DNA of 64,000 nt from an uncultured Bdellovibrionales bacterium (GTDB taxonomy: Bacteria; Patescibacteriota; Minisyncoccia; Moranbacterales; GWC2-37-73): the NCBI GenBank assembly GCA_964484505.1, contig CAZAFB010000006.1:14337-78336 (forward strand), given 5' to 3'. The notes below the pieces were generated by a model, which was not told the DNA's origin, did not search any database, and was given only the letters and a program-made list of their open reading frames with translations. Made by a program: the position numbers and the translations under genes. This document shows positions 27,807-38,867 of this stretch, piece by piece. Position 1 is the stretch's first letter. Every line of letters starts with the position of its first letter.

Positions 27807-28376
27807 CAGTTTTAAAAATCAAAATACAAAAATCAAAATACAAAATGCGTCGATGAATGCTAGCTAAAAACTTACAACAAACAACTAGCAATTTATAACT
27901 TTTAAATTAACCGAGCCTTGCACATTTCCGCGTTCTTCCGCGTGGAGTCTGCGTTAGTCTGCGCGTATAGAAATTTTTAGAATTTCTATACGATAAAAAA
28001 TGATACAACATTATATGTTACATAAAAAATAAAAAATAATTTCAAGTTTAGCATTTTTATATTTTTCAACTTTTTTGTTTTGAATTTCATCCGCCAGCTG
28101 GCGAATCGTATTTCAGATTTGCATATCTCACATCTCAAATCTCCTATCACCATCCTCATCTTGCTTATTATTCACTGTTCTTTTCTCACTAATCATTGTT
28201 CATTGATTAGAAATTATGCCAAAAATGGCAGATTTGTCCAGTTGACGCTATAAAACCCCCTAGGTAAAATAGAAAGACGAAGGAGATGCGCTCTGACCCA
28301 ATCAGAGACTGCTTCAACGGAAGCGTCCTTTACCAAAAAAATAAATTTTAATCTAGAAAGGAAGGTGACATGAATT

Positions 28377-29042
28377 ATGATGGAAGAATACACACCAGGT
28401 TCCGAATCTGAAGAATCACAGCCAAGCCAACTCAAGCAATGGCTTCAAGACAATCTTCGAATCATCGTCAGTATCTTTATCGTAGTCGTGATCGCAGGAG
28501 GAATTTATTCTTATTCCAAACGCGGCAACACTCCGGTAAGCGAAGAAGAATCTGTTGCCACTGAAGAACAGGCGACTGAGGAAGGTGCTGTGCAAATAGC
28601 AGACAACTCACAGCAAGATCAGCAAAAAGAAGAGCCTACCAAACCGACTCAGAATGAGGAAGTTAAGCCAGCTCCAAAAGAGGAGGCTAAACCAGCAGTA
28701 GAAGCTCCAAAGGAAGAAGTTTCTTCTGCAGCAGCAAGCAAGGAAACCACAGGTTCGTTTGTGGAAACAGCCGTTAAGGGAAACGGAACAACCCATCTTG
28801 CCCGCAGAGCTCTCGCGGATTATCTCGAAAAGAATCCTGACAGCGCCCTTACCAAGGAGCACAAGATTTACATCGAGGATTACCTGCGCAAGAATATAGG
28901 GCGCCATGGAAATGTTGCAGTGGGAACACAGATCGAATTCAGCAAGGACCTTATTCAGAGAAGTATCGAGCAATCGAAGAAGCTGAGCGACAATCAACTC
29001 AAGAATCTTCAGAAATATTCCGCTCGCGTATCGACACTGTGA
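28377..29042 (+). CDS. hypothetical membrane-anchored protein with acidic low-complexity linker
   Basis: Single TM after an acidic N-terminus; no motif. Confidence 0.45.
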   Translation: MMEEYTPGSESEESQPSQLKQWLQDNLRIIVSIFIVVVIAGGIYSYSKRGNTPVSEEESVATEEQATEEGAVQIADNSQQDQQKEEPTKPTQNEEVKPAPKEEAKPAVEAPKEEVSSAAASKETTGSFVETAVKGNGTTHLARRALADYLEKNPDSALTKEHKIYIEDYLRKNIGRHGNVAVGTQIEFSKDLIQRSIEQSKKLSDNQLKNLQKYSARVSTL

Positions 29043-29093
29043 AAATAGAATGTGATGTAAATCGCTCTTTTGTGAAAATTATTTCTTTTTATA

Positions 29094-29125
29094 ACAAAAA
29101 CCCCGCAACTGCGGGGTTTTTGTTA
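29094..29125. terminator. bidirectional intrinsic terminator
   Basis: acaaaaaccccgcaactgcggggtttttgtta. Confidence 0.7.
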
Positions 29126-29593
29126 TTCAATATCAAGTTTATTCCCTTCTTTTAAGTCGTATTTTTTCGCCATGCCGGCATTAAGTTCAAGCACCATGTC
29201 CGCATCACTATTCGGCAAAAATGTTCTCTGATCATAAGCTGAAATATCGCGCTCCACTTGTATCACCTCCCTGTTTCTAAGCCAGATAACATCAAGCGGA
29301 AATTCCATACCTTTCATCCAGAAAGCATGCTTTCCAGGAGAAGTGAAGACGAAGAGCATACCACAATTTGCACACAGACTCCGACGTTCGGAAAGTCCCT
29401 TGCGCATCTTTTTGTCGCTTATAACAACTTCTGCGCGCAAAACTCCAACGCCCGTCCTTATTTTCTTGATCCAATTTCCTTCAACTGAAATCACATTTGT
29501 TTTCAAATACATCCACGCCACGCCGCCAAAAGCAGCAACAAGCATCACAACTAAAATAGTTTTTATGATCTTTCCTGCTTTTCCATTTTTCAT
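29123..29593 (-). CDS. DUF192 family protein
   Basis: FWMKGMEFPLDVIW motif typical of DUF192 (COG1430). Confidence 0.65.
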   Translation of the reverse strand: MKNGKAGKIIKTILVVMLVAAFGGVAWMYLKTNVISVEGNWIKKIRTGVGVLRAEVVISDKKMRKGLSERRSLCANCGMLFVFTSPGKHAFWMKGMEFPLDVIWLRNREVIQVERDISAYDQRTFLPNSDADMVLELNAGMAKKYDLKEGNKLDIE

Positions 29594-30633
29594 AATACTT
29601 GCTTTTTATCTTTCTTGAGAACAATGACTCTCAAATAAAAAAAGGCTGCGATTATTAACGCAAAAGACAGCAAGAGGGCCAACGCCTTACCCATGGCATG
29701 CGTGCCTAATGCTGCAATTCCAACAATCATCGTAGTGATGCAAAAGAAAATAGTTATCTTACGCTGACTCCAACCAAACTCCAAAAGTCGATGATGAATA
29801 TGCCTTCCGTCCGGATTGAAAATTGATTCCCTCGCTTTAATTCTCTCCAAAATCACCCATAGGGCATCAATAACCGGTATAGCAACGACTAATAAGGTGG
29901 TAGCTATTTTAGCACCCGCAATAATACTCAACATAGCCAAAATGAAACCAAAAAACATCGCTCCGCTGGTTCCGGCGAATATCTTTGCGGGATAAAAATT
30001 AAACAATAGAAAGCCCATAATAGCTCCCGCTAATACCACAGCAATAATAGCTATCGGAGGCTGGTTCACTTCTGGTTTAAGGGATAACAAAAAAATGGCC
30101 AGCACAGCAATTAATGTTATGTTACCGCTCAAGCCGTCTATGCCATCTATCCAATTCATCGCATTCGTCATCAAGAGTATCCAAATAACAACAAAAATTG
30201 CAGCAAACACCTTCAGAAAAACATTGCTATCAAGATAAATAATTCCACCGAAAGGATTGGAAATGTACGTGAGACCAAAACCGAAAAAAAACATCGAGCC
30301 CACCGTGATTACCTGCAAAAAAAGTTGGGTTTTCCAACCCAATTCGCGCAAATCATCCCAGACACCAATTGCCACTATGACCAAACTCGCAAATATCAGG
30401 CCCGCTATTTGCGATGTAATTATCAAATGCCTATCTAATAAAATAGCCAAAATAAAAGCCATGATCACGGCAACACCCCCAAAACGGGAAATGTTTTTAT
30501 TGTGAATATGCCTTGTTTGCTTGCGATTATCAGTAATGTTTTTTTTGCGAAAGAAATATATAAAAACAGCACAAGACATAGCTGAAACAACAAAAGCAAG
30601 AAAAAATGGAAGTATATATAAATCGTAACGCAT
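29590..30633 (-). CDS. polyprenyl-phosphate N-acetylhexosamine-1-phosphate transferase, MraY/WecA (GT4-superfamily)
   Basis: NAMNWIDGIDGLSG motif. About 10 TM helices. Confidence 0.75.
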   Translation of the reverse strand: MRYDLYILPFFLAFVVSAMSCAVFIYFFRKKNITDNRKQTRHIHNKNISRFGGVAVIMAFILAILLDRHLIITSQIAGLIFASLVIVAIGVWDDLRELGWKTQLFLQVITVGSMFFFGFGLTYISNPFGGIIYLDSNVFLKVFAAIFVVIWILLMTNAMNWIDGIDGLSGNITLIAVLAIFLLSLKPEVNQPPIAIIAVVLAGAIMGFLLFNFYPAKIFAGTSGAMFFGFILAMLSIIAGAKIATTLLVVAIPVIDALWVILERIKARESIFNPDGRHIHHRLLEFGWSQRKITIFFCITTMIVGIAALGTHAMGKALALLLSFALIIAAFFYLRVIVLKKDKKQVL

Positions 30634-30709
30634 TGATTTTATAATACATTCATAACGTTATAAAGTTATAACGTTAAAAACCAGCTGCTTTGCATCCGCA
30701 TTAAAATAA

Positions 30710-32401
30710 CTACTTTCTCATCTTTTCCGTAACCCAGAATTCCCCAAAATATTTTTTGATCAAAATACGCGTCTGAGAATCGATTGCCGGCAGCGCGCCC
30801 AAAGTCGGCGCAATTAGCGGCGTCAAAAACCACTGCAGAAACATATAGATGTAACGTTTGCGGGAATATTTGGCCGGACGTGGCGGAAGCAGCATAAAAC
30901 TCAAAAACATAGATGCCACAAGACCGCCCATAGCAAGCATCATGAGATAGCGAGTCACAAAAGGCAAATTATGGGCCAAAACGCTTTCATTGAAAGCAGG
31001 ACCCCCGATGAGCAACGGTAACCATCCAAGCAACGCCAGGATCAAGGCTGAAGTAGCCCAAGAATGATGTCCTTCCAGCATTTCAAAAGCGACTCCCAAT
31101 TTCTTACGCAGAGACACCTTTTTATCAGGCCAAATGGCACGCATAATTATCGGAAAATTTTCCACCCCATACGCCCAGCGCCTCTTTTGTTTATATTGAT
31201 TTTTGATAGTTTTCCAATAAGTCGGCGCCAATACCGCATCCAGAGAAATCGGCAAATAGATCGGCTTTACTTGGTAATCTCCATGATAATATGCAAAACA
31301 TTTCCAATAGATGATAGAATCTTCACTTATCATGTTCACCGGCCAGAAATTTACATTCACCAAGGTATCGAAAGGCTCGCTATGCGAAGAGAAAGTGACC
31401 ATTTCGCTGCGAGTACTTTGATACATGTGCCAAAAAGAAGAGCTGGTCACGATTACGCGCACAAAAGCGTTCGTGTCCCAAAGATTATTGTGATACATTG
31501 GCAGCGGCTGGTAGGAACGCTGCAGACGCTTTGGATCTGTTATATAAGCATAGGTAAGCGCCGCGAAATATTGGGAGTGGCAAACACTATCGCAATCAAA
31601 ATTAGAAAAAATAACCCTATCGTAAGCTATGTTCCTTTCATCCAAATATATCATCAATTTTTTGGCAGCATACGTAGCATTGGAGGCTTTACATTTCATT
31701 TCCCCTGTAGCCACCTCATGCGTAGTTACCAAAAAATCGCGAAACATGCCATGGAATTTATTTTTAAGATAATTCACTTTTTCCAAACGTTGATCTTCTG
31801 GTTCCCTTTCTTCAGTAGCGAGCAATATAATAATCTGTTGATTAGGAAAGTTGCAATCCGCAATAGCCTGAATTGCCGGCTCAATCACGTCAGCAGGTTC
31901 ATTGGCAGTTGGCAACATCACCACATGAACGATGCTACGCCAATCCCAAATTTGATCCTTTATCTTTTCCAATTTTTCAACCTCACGAGAATAGACACGC
32001 ATTTTGGAAAACTCCTTGTGAATTTTGCGCCGCTCCGAAATAGAAAGTCTCTCCGAAAGCATCTCCCTCATCGACACCATACGCTCACGCAAAATATTAC
32101 GATACACCGTCGGATTACTGATGTTCTGACAACGATCCCACCAATCGATTTTTTTTCCCTCCTGAAACTTGCGGTAAGCTGAAACTGAATAATAGGTAAT
32201 AAAAATTGTGCGACAAATCCAATAAACATCGAAAGCTATAATAAATACAGCTACCCAAATGGGCACTAAGAAGGAAAAAACAAACATGCCAATCAAAGTA
32301 CTCCAGGTCAAAATACCCGGAATCACCTCCAAGCGACGTTGGATAAGATACTGCCTAGGATCTTTGGTTTTCGGATTTGGAAAACTGAATGTCTTGTTCA
32401 T
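30710..32401 (-). CDS. membrane glycosyltransferase, GT2-like
   Basis: N- and C-terminal TM bundles. Central VMLPTANEP...DCDSV region resembles GT2 DxD/QxxRW-type synthases (low confidence). Confidence 0.45.
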   Translation of the reverse strand: MNKTFSFPNPKTKDPRQYLIQRRLEVIPGILTWSTLIGMFVFSFLVPIWVAVFIIAFDVYWICRTIFITYYSVSAYRKFQEGKKIDWWDRCQNISNPTVYRNILRERMVSMREMLSERLSISERRKIHKEFSKMRVYSREVEKLEKIKDQIWDWRSIVHVVMLPTANEPADVIEPAIQAIADCNFPNQQIIILLATEEREPEDQRLEKVNYLKNKFHGMFRDFLVTTHEVATGEMKCKASNATYAAKKLMIYLDERNIAYDRVIFSNFDCDSVCHSQYFAALTYAYITDPKRLQRSYQPLPMYHNNLWDTNAFVRVIVTSSSFWHMYQSTRSEMVTFSSHSEPFDTLVNVNFWPVNMISEDSIIYWKCFAYYHGDYQVKPIYLPISLDAVLAPTYWKTIKNQYKQKRRWAYGVENFPIIMRAIWPDKKVSLRKKLGVAFEMLEGHHSWATSALILALLGWLPLLIGGPAFNESVLAHNLPFVTRYLMMLAMGGLVASMFLSFMLLPPRPAKYSRKRYIYMFLQWFLTPLIAPTLGALPAIDSQTRILIKKYFGEFWVTEKMRK

Positions 32402-32477
32402 ATAATATGATTTCTCTACAAATCCACAAATGACTTCATTCGTACATTACGTATTAAATTCGTATTCGCAGAGAAAA

Positions 32478-32837
32478 TCAGTAGTTGATAAGTATCAATC
32501 CTGCCACAGCTATCGCCAACAACACTTGGGCCATGCAAGTCGCCAAAAGCAACAAATGGGATATTATCCTCTCCTTTTGACCATAAAAAACCATGCCTAA
32601 CAGGGTATTGGCCACCAAGATACAGACTCCTATTGCCGGCAGTGCTTGAACCTGCCACCAATCACCAATCATATCTACCCCGAAATAAGCATTATAATGC
32701 AAAACTATGGAAAAATCAACTGGCCTTATGAAATAGGCCAGCGCCCCCCACATTGCAGCGTTAATAATCATTGCGCCAATGAGCGCCCAATGAACCACGC
32801 TTGAACGAAAAAATTCTTGAGAGAAAAAACGTTGCAT
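32478..32837 (-). CDS. small hypothetical membrane protein
   Basis: Three to four TM helices. Confidence 0.4.
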   Translation of the reverse strand: MQRFFSQEFFRSSVVHWALIGAMIINAAMWGALAYFIRPVDFSIVLHYNAYFGVDMIGDWWQVQALPAIGVCILVANTLLGMVFYGQKERIISHLLLLATCMAQVLLAIAVAGLILINY

Positions 32838-32847
32838 GCTACCGCTA

Positions 32848-33453
32848 TCAATATTTCCTCAAATTACTTACGAGCCTCTTCAAACCGGGCACCTTGTTAA
32901 TCACCTCTTCATGTGGGGCTTCCAGAAATTCCAGCAAGAAGCGATCCAGCATGTCCATACGATATTTGAACTCCTCAGAATTCATAAGCACAAAACTTAT
33001 TTCCTTGCCTATTTCCGCTTCCAGACTATTCATCAGAGAACGCAATTTGCCACGACTGACATTATTGGCCACCAAAACCATATCCGCTTTACTCTTGGGA
33101 TAATTTAAGAAAAGTCCACTGACTAAAAGCAGCTTCACATCGCCAATGGCCCTGACTTTGCTCAAAGATTTACATTGTGGTGCCGCATTTGATTTAGCAA
33201 TCAAATTCTTCAGTTCAGGGTAATAGTGAAAATCAGCGTTAAGCGAATAGAAGCGCGCTTTTTTTCTGACCTTTACTGTAATGAATTTTATTTTTACCAG
33301 ATCGGCAAGCTCCTTTCGCACTTGTGCTAAAGCCAGCATGTTGCGCTTAGCTACCTCGGCAGTGGAAAATTCCCTTTCTTGGTTAAGCAAGAAAAAACGC
33401 AAAATTCTGGTGCGAGAGCGGGATCCAAAAAGAACTTCGAGTGAATCTGACAT
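32848..33453 (-). CDS. hypothetical protein with putative N-terminal winged-helix domain
   Basis: SRSRTRILRFFLLNQEREFSTAEVAK resembles a wHTH. Confidence 0.35.
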   Translation of the reverse strand: MSDSLEVLFGSRSRTRILRFFLLNQEREFSTAEVAKRNMLALAQVRKELADLVKIKFITVKVRKKARFYSLNADFHYYPELKNLIAKSNAAPQCKSLSKVRAIGDVKLLLVSGLFLNYPKSKADMVLVANNVSRGKLRSLMNSLEAEIGKEISFVLMNSEEFKYRMDMLDRFLLEFLEAPHEEVINKVPGLKRLVSNLRKY

Positions 33454-33595
33454 AACAGTAAATATTATTATCGTTTATAGCCGCGTCAAAAGCGCGTTTT
33501 TTAAACCCCCTTTAACCCAAGTATATATCACTATGAGTCCGTCGTAAACCCCGCCCGGAACAACGATGCCGAAAAGAGACAAGACATAGACAAAT

Positions 33596-36055
33596 GTGCT
33601 ATGCTATAATAAAGCAAAGAAATACTCTCAAAGGAACATGGAAAAAATCATTGGCACGCCGAGAGAATTAGAAAGGCAATATACGCCTATAATGGCTCTT
33701 GGCAACGCTTCTCGCAAACCATATATAGAACATTTCTACCATGAACCTGAAAACATTGTTCAGCAACCACTGGGCACGCTTTTCGGTTATTTTGAAGTAC
33801 GTGAATATAGCGAAGAATCGGCTTATGTCGTCAACTTCCTTAATTCCGTACTTAAAAAAGAGTACTTCATCAATCCCAAAAGAACACTCAGCGAAAGCTT
33901 GGATGCGGCACTGCATAAAGTAAACGTGGCACTTTCAGAAATAGCCAAACACGGAAATATCAATTGGCTGGGACACCTAGATGCTGCAATTTGCGTTCTA
34001 GAAAAGAACAATTTGCATTTTTCCGTATCCGGACAAGCCAACATAATTCTTTCACGAAAGGAAACTTTCAATATAATAAGTGACGGCCTCTCCGCGGAAA
34101 CACCCGATCCTCATCCGCTAAAAACATTCCTAAATGTCGCCAGTGGTCGCTTGGAAGCGGAGGATCGTTTGATTATTACTTCCCGGGAGGTTTTTTCCTT
34201 ATTTACCATTGAACAATTAAAGAAAAACAATAACCGTCTGGATAATGAAAAATTTGTGCAATTTCTAAAAACCGCCCTGATCAACCAAGCACAATTAGCC
34301 CATGTTGGAATTGTAATCATTTCAGAGAAGCCATTGCCAAAGAAAACTAAAAGAGCCAAAAACGGAATATCGGTAGAAAAAATGACCAACGTTTTCAGCC
34401 AACAAGCCTTTTCTCCCAAGAGTGGCCGAAAAGAAACCACTATCTCAGAAGAAGAAGTTTCCCTTTCAGAGGAATCTGAATATACCGACTCCAAAACAGG
34501 ACACATCTACGTGCAAGGTCAACAAGAATCTCTGGAGAAAGAAAGCCCGCTCAAAGAAAAAATCTCCATAATTTTGGAAGGTCTGTCTGACTATTTCAGT
34601 CATGCTAAAAACAAGCTCAGACGCAAATTTAAATCATCCTCCAAAAATTTTTACAAATCCACTGTTCCAAGTGAAATAACACCCACTGAAATGCCATCTA
34701 TGCCGACCACCGAAACACCTGACGTTATTTCGGAGAACCCTGCCGTCAAAACCGAAAAAAAACCCAGCCCAAGACAACAAAAAATCACAACGGATATCAA
34801 AGCGACGCAAGAACCAGCAATAGCATCGCCAAAAAAAGAGCTTCTTTCAATGAGCGGGGAGTCTTCCATGGAAAATAGCCAGGACAAGCTGGAGAGGTTC
34901 ATGACTAAGAAAAAACCAGTTTCCCAAGAAAATGCCGGACAAAAATTAGCCAGAACGGCTTTAGACAGAGCGAAAAACGCCCTTAGATTAAGTCTGCATT
35001 CTTCCAAAAAAGCTTTCGATTCGACTCTTGCTGCCAGCAAAAACACTCTTGAGAAAAGCAAAGCCCTAGGCATGAAACGGCCACGAATCAAAATATCCCT
35101 CCTGCCAAGCATATTGAAAATAAAAAATGCTTTCATGGGCCTGACTTCCAAGCAAAGAATGATCAGTCTGATAGCACTAGCAGCTATAATCATTATGCCT
35201 GCAATCTTTTTAAACATTTCCAAGAAAGAACCAGCCCCTCAACAAACACAAACTATTGAAAAGTCTGATCCGAAAGAAATTTTAGCAAATGAAAAAAACA
35301 TCTCTTTTTCACCTTCCCTTTCGGAAATAACCTCCCAACAAAACACCCTTGTTGTATTGCCGACTGAAAATGGAATAGTATTTGTCGCCAAAAACAATCT
35401 GGTCATCAATGGAGAACAACAAACACAACTGTCCATACCAACATCCACTGAAATAACCCATGCAGCTTACATGAAAGATTTGTCTTTGGTTTTTTTGCTT
35501 ACTTCTGACAACAAAATTTTATCTTTCAGCCCCATTACTAAGCAATTCAAGGAAAACAACATTGAATTTCCTTCCGGATTCAAATCAAAAGGTATTGCCA
35601 CCTATTTAACTTACCTATACGCAGCTGATGCCAATAGCAACCAGATATACCGCTATCCGCGCGCTGAAGGAGGCTTTGGCGCCAAAATTGATTGGCTCAA
35701 GGATTCAACCGATTTAAATTCAGTCACCAGTATGACCCTTGACGATAGCGTATTCCTTGCTTTCTCAGACAAACTGCTCAAATTTTTCAAAGGCAAAAAA
35801 GATAGCTTGAGTCTTGAACAATCCTCCACACCCATAGTATTTTCAACTATTTATACCGATACCAAACAATCCGGAATTTATGTTTTGGATAAACAAAATT
35901 CGCGCGTGATCGTTTTTGACAAGACTAGCGGCCAGATCCGCAAACAATATTACGATGAAAATTTTGCTTCCGCTACTTCCCTTGCCGCCAGTGAACAAAA
36001 CAAACAAATATACATTGCCTCTCCTTCAAAAGTTAACTCAATAGCTATTGAATAA
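33596..36055 (+). CDS. large hypothetical protein (819 aa) with central TM segment
   Basis: No confidently recognised motif. The C-terminal region is beta-rich. Confidence 0.4.
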   Translation: MLCYNKAKKYSQRNMEKIIGTPRELERQYTPIMALGNASRKPYIEHFYHEPENIVQQPLGTLFGYFEVREYSEESAYVVNFLNSVLKKEYFINPKRTLSESLDAALHKVNVALSEIAKHGNINWLGHLDAAICVLEKNNLHFSVSGQANIILSRKETFNIISDGLSAETPDPHPLKTFLNVASGRLEAEDRLIITSREVFSLFTIEQLKKNNNRLDNEKFVQFLKTALINQAQLAHVGIVIISEKPLPKKTKRAKNGISVEKMTNVFSQQAFSPKSGRKETTISEEEVSLSEESEYTDSKTGHIYVQGQQESLEKESPLKEKISIILEGLSDYFSHAKNKLRRKFKSSSKNFYKSTVPSEITPTEMPSMPTTETPDVISENPAVKTEKKPSPRQQKITTDIKATQEPAIASPKKELLSMSGESSMENSQDKLERFMTKKKPVSQENAGQKLARTALDRAKNALRLSLHSSKKAFDSTLAASKNTLEKSKALGMKRPRIKISLLPSILKIKNAFMGLTSKQRMISLIALAAIIIMPAIFLNISKKEPAPQQTQTIEKSDPKEILANEKNISFSPSLSEITSQQNTLVVLPTENGIVFVAKNNLVINGEQQTQLSIPTSTEITHAAYMKDLSLVFLLTSDNKILSFSPITKQFKENNIEFPSGFKSKGIATYLTYLYAADANSNQIYRYPRAEGGFGAKIDWLKDSTDLNSVTSMTLDDSVFLAFSDKLLKFFKGKKDSLSLEQSSTPIVFSTIYTDTKQSGIYVLDKQNSRVIVFDKTSGQIRKQYYDENFASATSLAASEQNKQIYIASPSKVNSIAIE

Positions 36056-36070
36056 AAAAGTTCTTTTCAT

Positions 36071-36103
36071 AAAAATACCGGCCTCAGGACCGGTATTTTT
36101 TAA
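36071..36103. terminator. bidirectional intrinsic terminator
   Basis: aaaaataccggcctcaggaccggtattttttaa. Confidence 0.65.
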
Positions 36104-36158
36104 ATTCATATAAAATTAACTTGATTGTTTTTTGGAGATCGAGCCTCCTTTGGACACG

Positions 36159-37880
36159 CTACCATCCTCCACCTCCACCTCCACCTCCACCTCCGCCAGC
36201 TCCCCCTCCACCTCCAGATCCTGAAGGAGCAGAAGTGTTGGCTGCAATCGCCGATGACAAACTTTCCATGGAGGAAGAAAAATTGTCCGCATCGAATGTC
36301 CCGGCACTGCTCACGTACCAAACAGGGGCATGCGTTGCTAAATATTCCTCACCATAAATTTCCCGCATCCGTTTAATCCAAATACCAGTAATACCGAAAA
36401 TAATTGCATAAGGCAGAAACTTTTCAAAGATATTTTCTTTTTCATAAAAAGGCGCTCTGTCTTTATCCACAGTTTCCATGAACAACTTGAACCCTTTGGC
36501 ATCAACATTGAGTTTGGCACCCCTATTTGTCCTCTTAGGCATAATGAAACTGAACACAAGCACAATCAAGGCGGATAATAGGAAACAAAAACCCCAAATA
36601 GGTTCCTTGCTGAATCCCAAAAAGGCAAGCCAAATACCAACAAAACCGACTATCCTCATCACATTTCCAATATGCATGCCTGATGGCACAATCAAATCTT
36701 TGTCCTTCAGAAGCTTTTCGCCCACCTTCTTTATTTGAGGCAATTTTTTGTAGAAAGAATTTTTTAGTTCCGACAACTTCTTTTTTGAGCTTCCTTCAAA
36801 GACCCCTTGCCAGATCTCTTGCTGCACCTTATTTAATTTGGTTTCTTCGTCCAGCTTGCCCATTTTTTCCAATTCATAATCTTTGGTGTCAAAAAAGAGA
36901 ATCTTTTCATGAGTTTCTCTTATTTTAATCAATCCTTTCGTTGCGAAATTTACTATTTCTGCCGTAACCAATTTGTTGTCAAAAGACCCGTTTTTCATAA
37001 GCATTCCCAACTCCGTAGGAGAAAGATTTTCCGGCGAGCCATATTCGGCAATTATCGTATCTCTAACTTCCGGATCTTTGCCAAAACGGTTCCAGAGATA
37101 AAAACAGGCCACAAAGACAGCTAGCGGCACAAATAAGGAAAAATATTTTCCGTAAGCTTCCCAGAATCCCGGTTTATATTCAATGAAAACACCCTTAGGA
37201 AAAGTTACAGAAACTGTTATGCCTTGTCCCTTAGCCAACATACCTTCAGATTCAATTTCCAACACATTTGATTTGCTCCAGTAATATTTTGCCAGCTCTT
37301 TTCCTTTGTTTCCCAAATCGCCGGCATAGTATTCCACCACACTGTTTTCTTTATTCATTTCCTCTGGAAATAAAATTCGAGCATGGAAATGATCCGTTTC
37401 CAATTCCCAAAAATTGCCGTTGAGATTCCAATACAACTCATCAAATTGCGCATCAGAAAAACGGATCGCGTTTTGCACGACGTAATTTATTTTATATACA
37501 TTTACCCCTTGCGCCATAATATCCGGATCACCTATTTTCCAAGTAACAGTACCGGCATTTTTCGTTTCGCTGAACTTTATCGGATTACCCTTGGCATCAC
37601 TGATACCTAGCAAGCTGACCGGCGTCGCCACTTTCTTGCCAGAAATATTCACCTTTTCCGGCAGAATGCGGAAAATACCATGTTTGCCGACCGCATTGCC
37701 GCAATCAGCAGTGATCGTTTCGGTAATGTTCAGGGAAGAATCTTTGTTTACAGTAATTACACTTTCAAAATCCTTAATATACCAATCGGTCACATTTTCC
37801 CTTGCTCGCACTTTGCCCAACGGCAAAAGCATATTGACCAAGATTACCGCAATGACAATTTTAGTTTTCATAAGATTCAA
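36159..37880 (-). CDS. DUF2207 family membrane protein with C-terminal poly-Gly tail
   Basis: Signal/TM N-terminus, then a beta-rich ectodomain, then TM helices and a tail GSGGGGGAGGGGGGGGGGGW encoded by a (CCACCT)n repeat. Confidence 0.6.
   Translation of the reverse strand: MNLMKTKIVIAVILVNMLLPLGKVRARENVTDWYIKDFESVITVNKDSSLNITETITADCGNAVGKHGIFRILPEKVNISGKKVATPVSLLGISDAKGNPIKFSETKNAGTVTWKIGDPDIMAQGVNVYKINYVVQNAIRFSDAQFDELYWNLNGNFWELETDHFHARILFPEEMNKENSVVEYYAGDLGNKGKELAKYYWSKSNVLEIESEGMLAKGQGITVSVTFPKGVFIEYKPGFWEAYGKYFSLFVPLAVFVACFYLWNRFGKDPEVRDTIIAEYGSPENLSPTELGMLMKNGSFDNKLVTAEIVNFATKGLIKIRETHEKILFFDTKDYELEKMGKLDEETKLNKVQQEIWQGVFEGSSKKKLSELKNSFYKKLPQIKKVGEKLLKDKDLIVPSGMHIGNVMRIVGFVGIWLAFLGFSKEPIWGFCFLLSALIVLVFSFIMPKRTNRGAKLNVDAKGFKLFMETVDKDRAPFYEKENIFEKFLPYAIIFGITGIWIKRMREIYGEEYLATHAPVWYVSSAGTFDADNFSSSMESLSSAIAANTSAPSGSGGGGGAGGGGGGGGGGGW
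36165..36222. repeat. (CCACCT/CCTCCA)n simple-sequence repeat encoding the poly-Gly tail
   Basis: ccacctccacctccacctccacctccgccagctccccctccacctcc. Confidence 0.8.
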
Positions 37881-37953
37881 AAGATATTTAAATTATTCAG
37901 GAATTATGGGCCTGGAATTTATGCAAATGTGCAACTCCTGTTACTATCAAAAA

Positions 37954-38712
37954 TCAATACCTTCCGTTGAAAATTATCTTGCTGCGGAATTTTTCTATTC
38001 CGGCAAATTCTTTTTCAAAAATTTTATTCATCTCCTCAATATCCTTGATAAGTCCGTTGATTTTCATTATCCACACTATTTCCCCGCTGCCGATAATCCC
38101 CTTGATATTTTCCAAGCTCCTCTTGACGGTAAGTGCGGAATAATAAGCGATAGAGGCGGAAACTATGGAGTCGGGGCGGCTAAATTTATATTTCTCCCTC
38201 CCCTCTTCAACAATGGAATGAAGCGCTCTCGTGGTCTTCACATAAATCATGGGGCTATAGAAAGAAATTTCTTCCACTTCCCTCTGCACGGAATTGATAA
38301 GGCAAGAAATTCCTGGAAGCATGACTGAAAAGTTTTGCAGTAAATCATGTAATCCTTCCGAAGTTTTGCATGCTTTTTTATATAAAGGGTGCTTTTTGGT
38401 AAATTTGTCTTTGATTTTTTCCTGCACATCATATTCCTCTGTGTCTTCGAAGTCTATCTCGATTCCTTTTTCTTTCAGGTTCTTTTCGATCATCTGCATC
38501 GTTTGCGCCATTATTTCTCCGACATGTTCAAAAACGATCTCCATATCATTGGAGTCCTTGCCTTCCATCATGCACCGCAATTTGAATTGCCTGTCGTCTT
38601 GATATATTTTGCAATCATCCCTCATCTGCTCGCATCTCTCACAGTTCCGATCGCAGAAATTGAAAGGTAACCACTTCATGAAGAATTTTCGATTCGCTTG
38701 GCTTATTTTCAT
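37954..38712 (-). CDS. hypothetical protein with N-terminal Cys cluster
   Basis: CDRNCERCEQ...C; no recognised family. Confidence 0.4.
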   Translation of the reverse strand: MKISQANRKFFMKWLPFNFCDRNCERCEQMRDDCKIYQDDRQFKLRCMMEGKDSNDMEIVFEHVGEIMAQTMQMIEKNLKEKGIEIDFEDTEEYDVQEKIKDKFTKKHPLYKKACKTSEGLHDLLQNFSVMLPGISCLINSVQREVEEISFYSPMIYVKTTRALHSIVEEGREKYKFSRPDSIVSASIAYYSALTVKRSLENIKGIIGSGEIVWIMKINGLIKDIEEMNKIFEKEFAGIEKFRSKIIFNGRY

Positions 38713-38867
38713 ATCCTGATTTTCCAGTTAAAACTTTAAATAAATGCCTTAAATAACCCTGATAGTATTTTCCCATTTTTTACACGCCCGCGCAAACATG
38801 AAAAATCGCCAGCTCATACGGCCAGCGATTCATTTCAATTCTTGTTTGAAATCCCTTGAGTTTTTTA

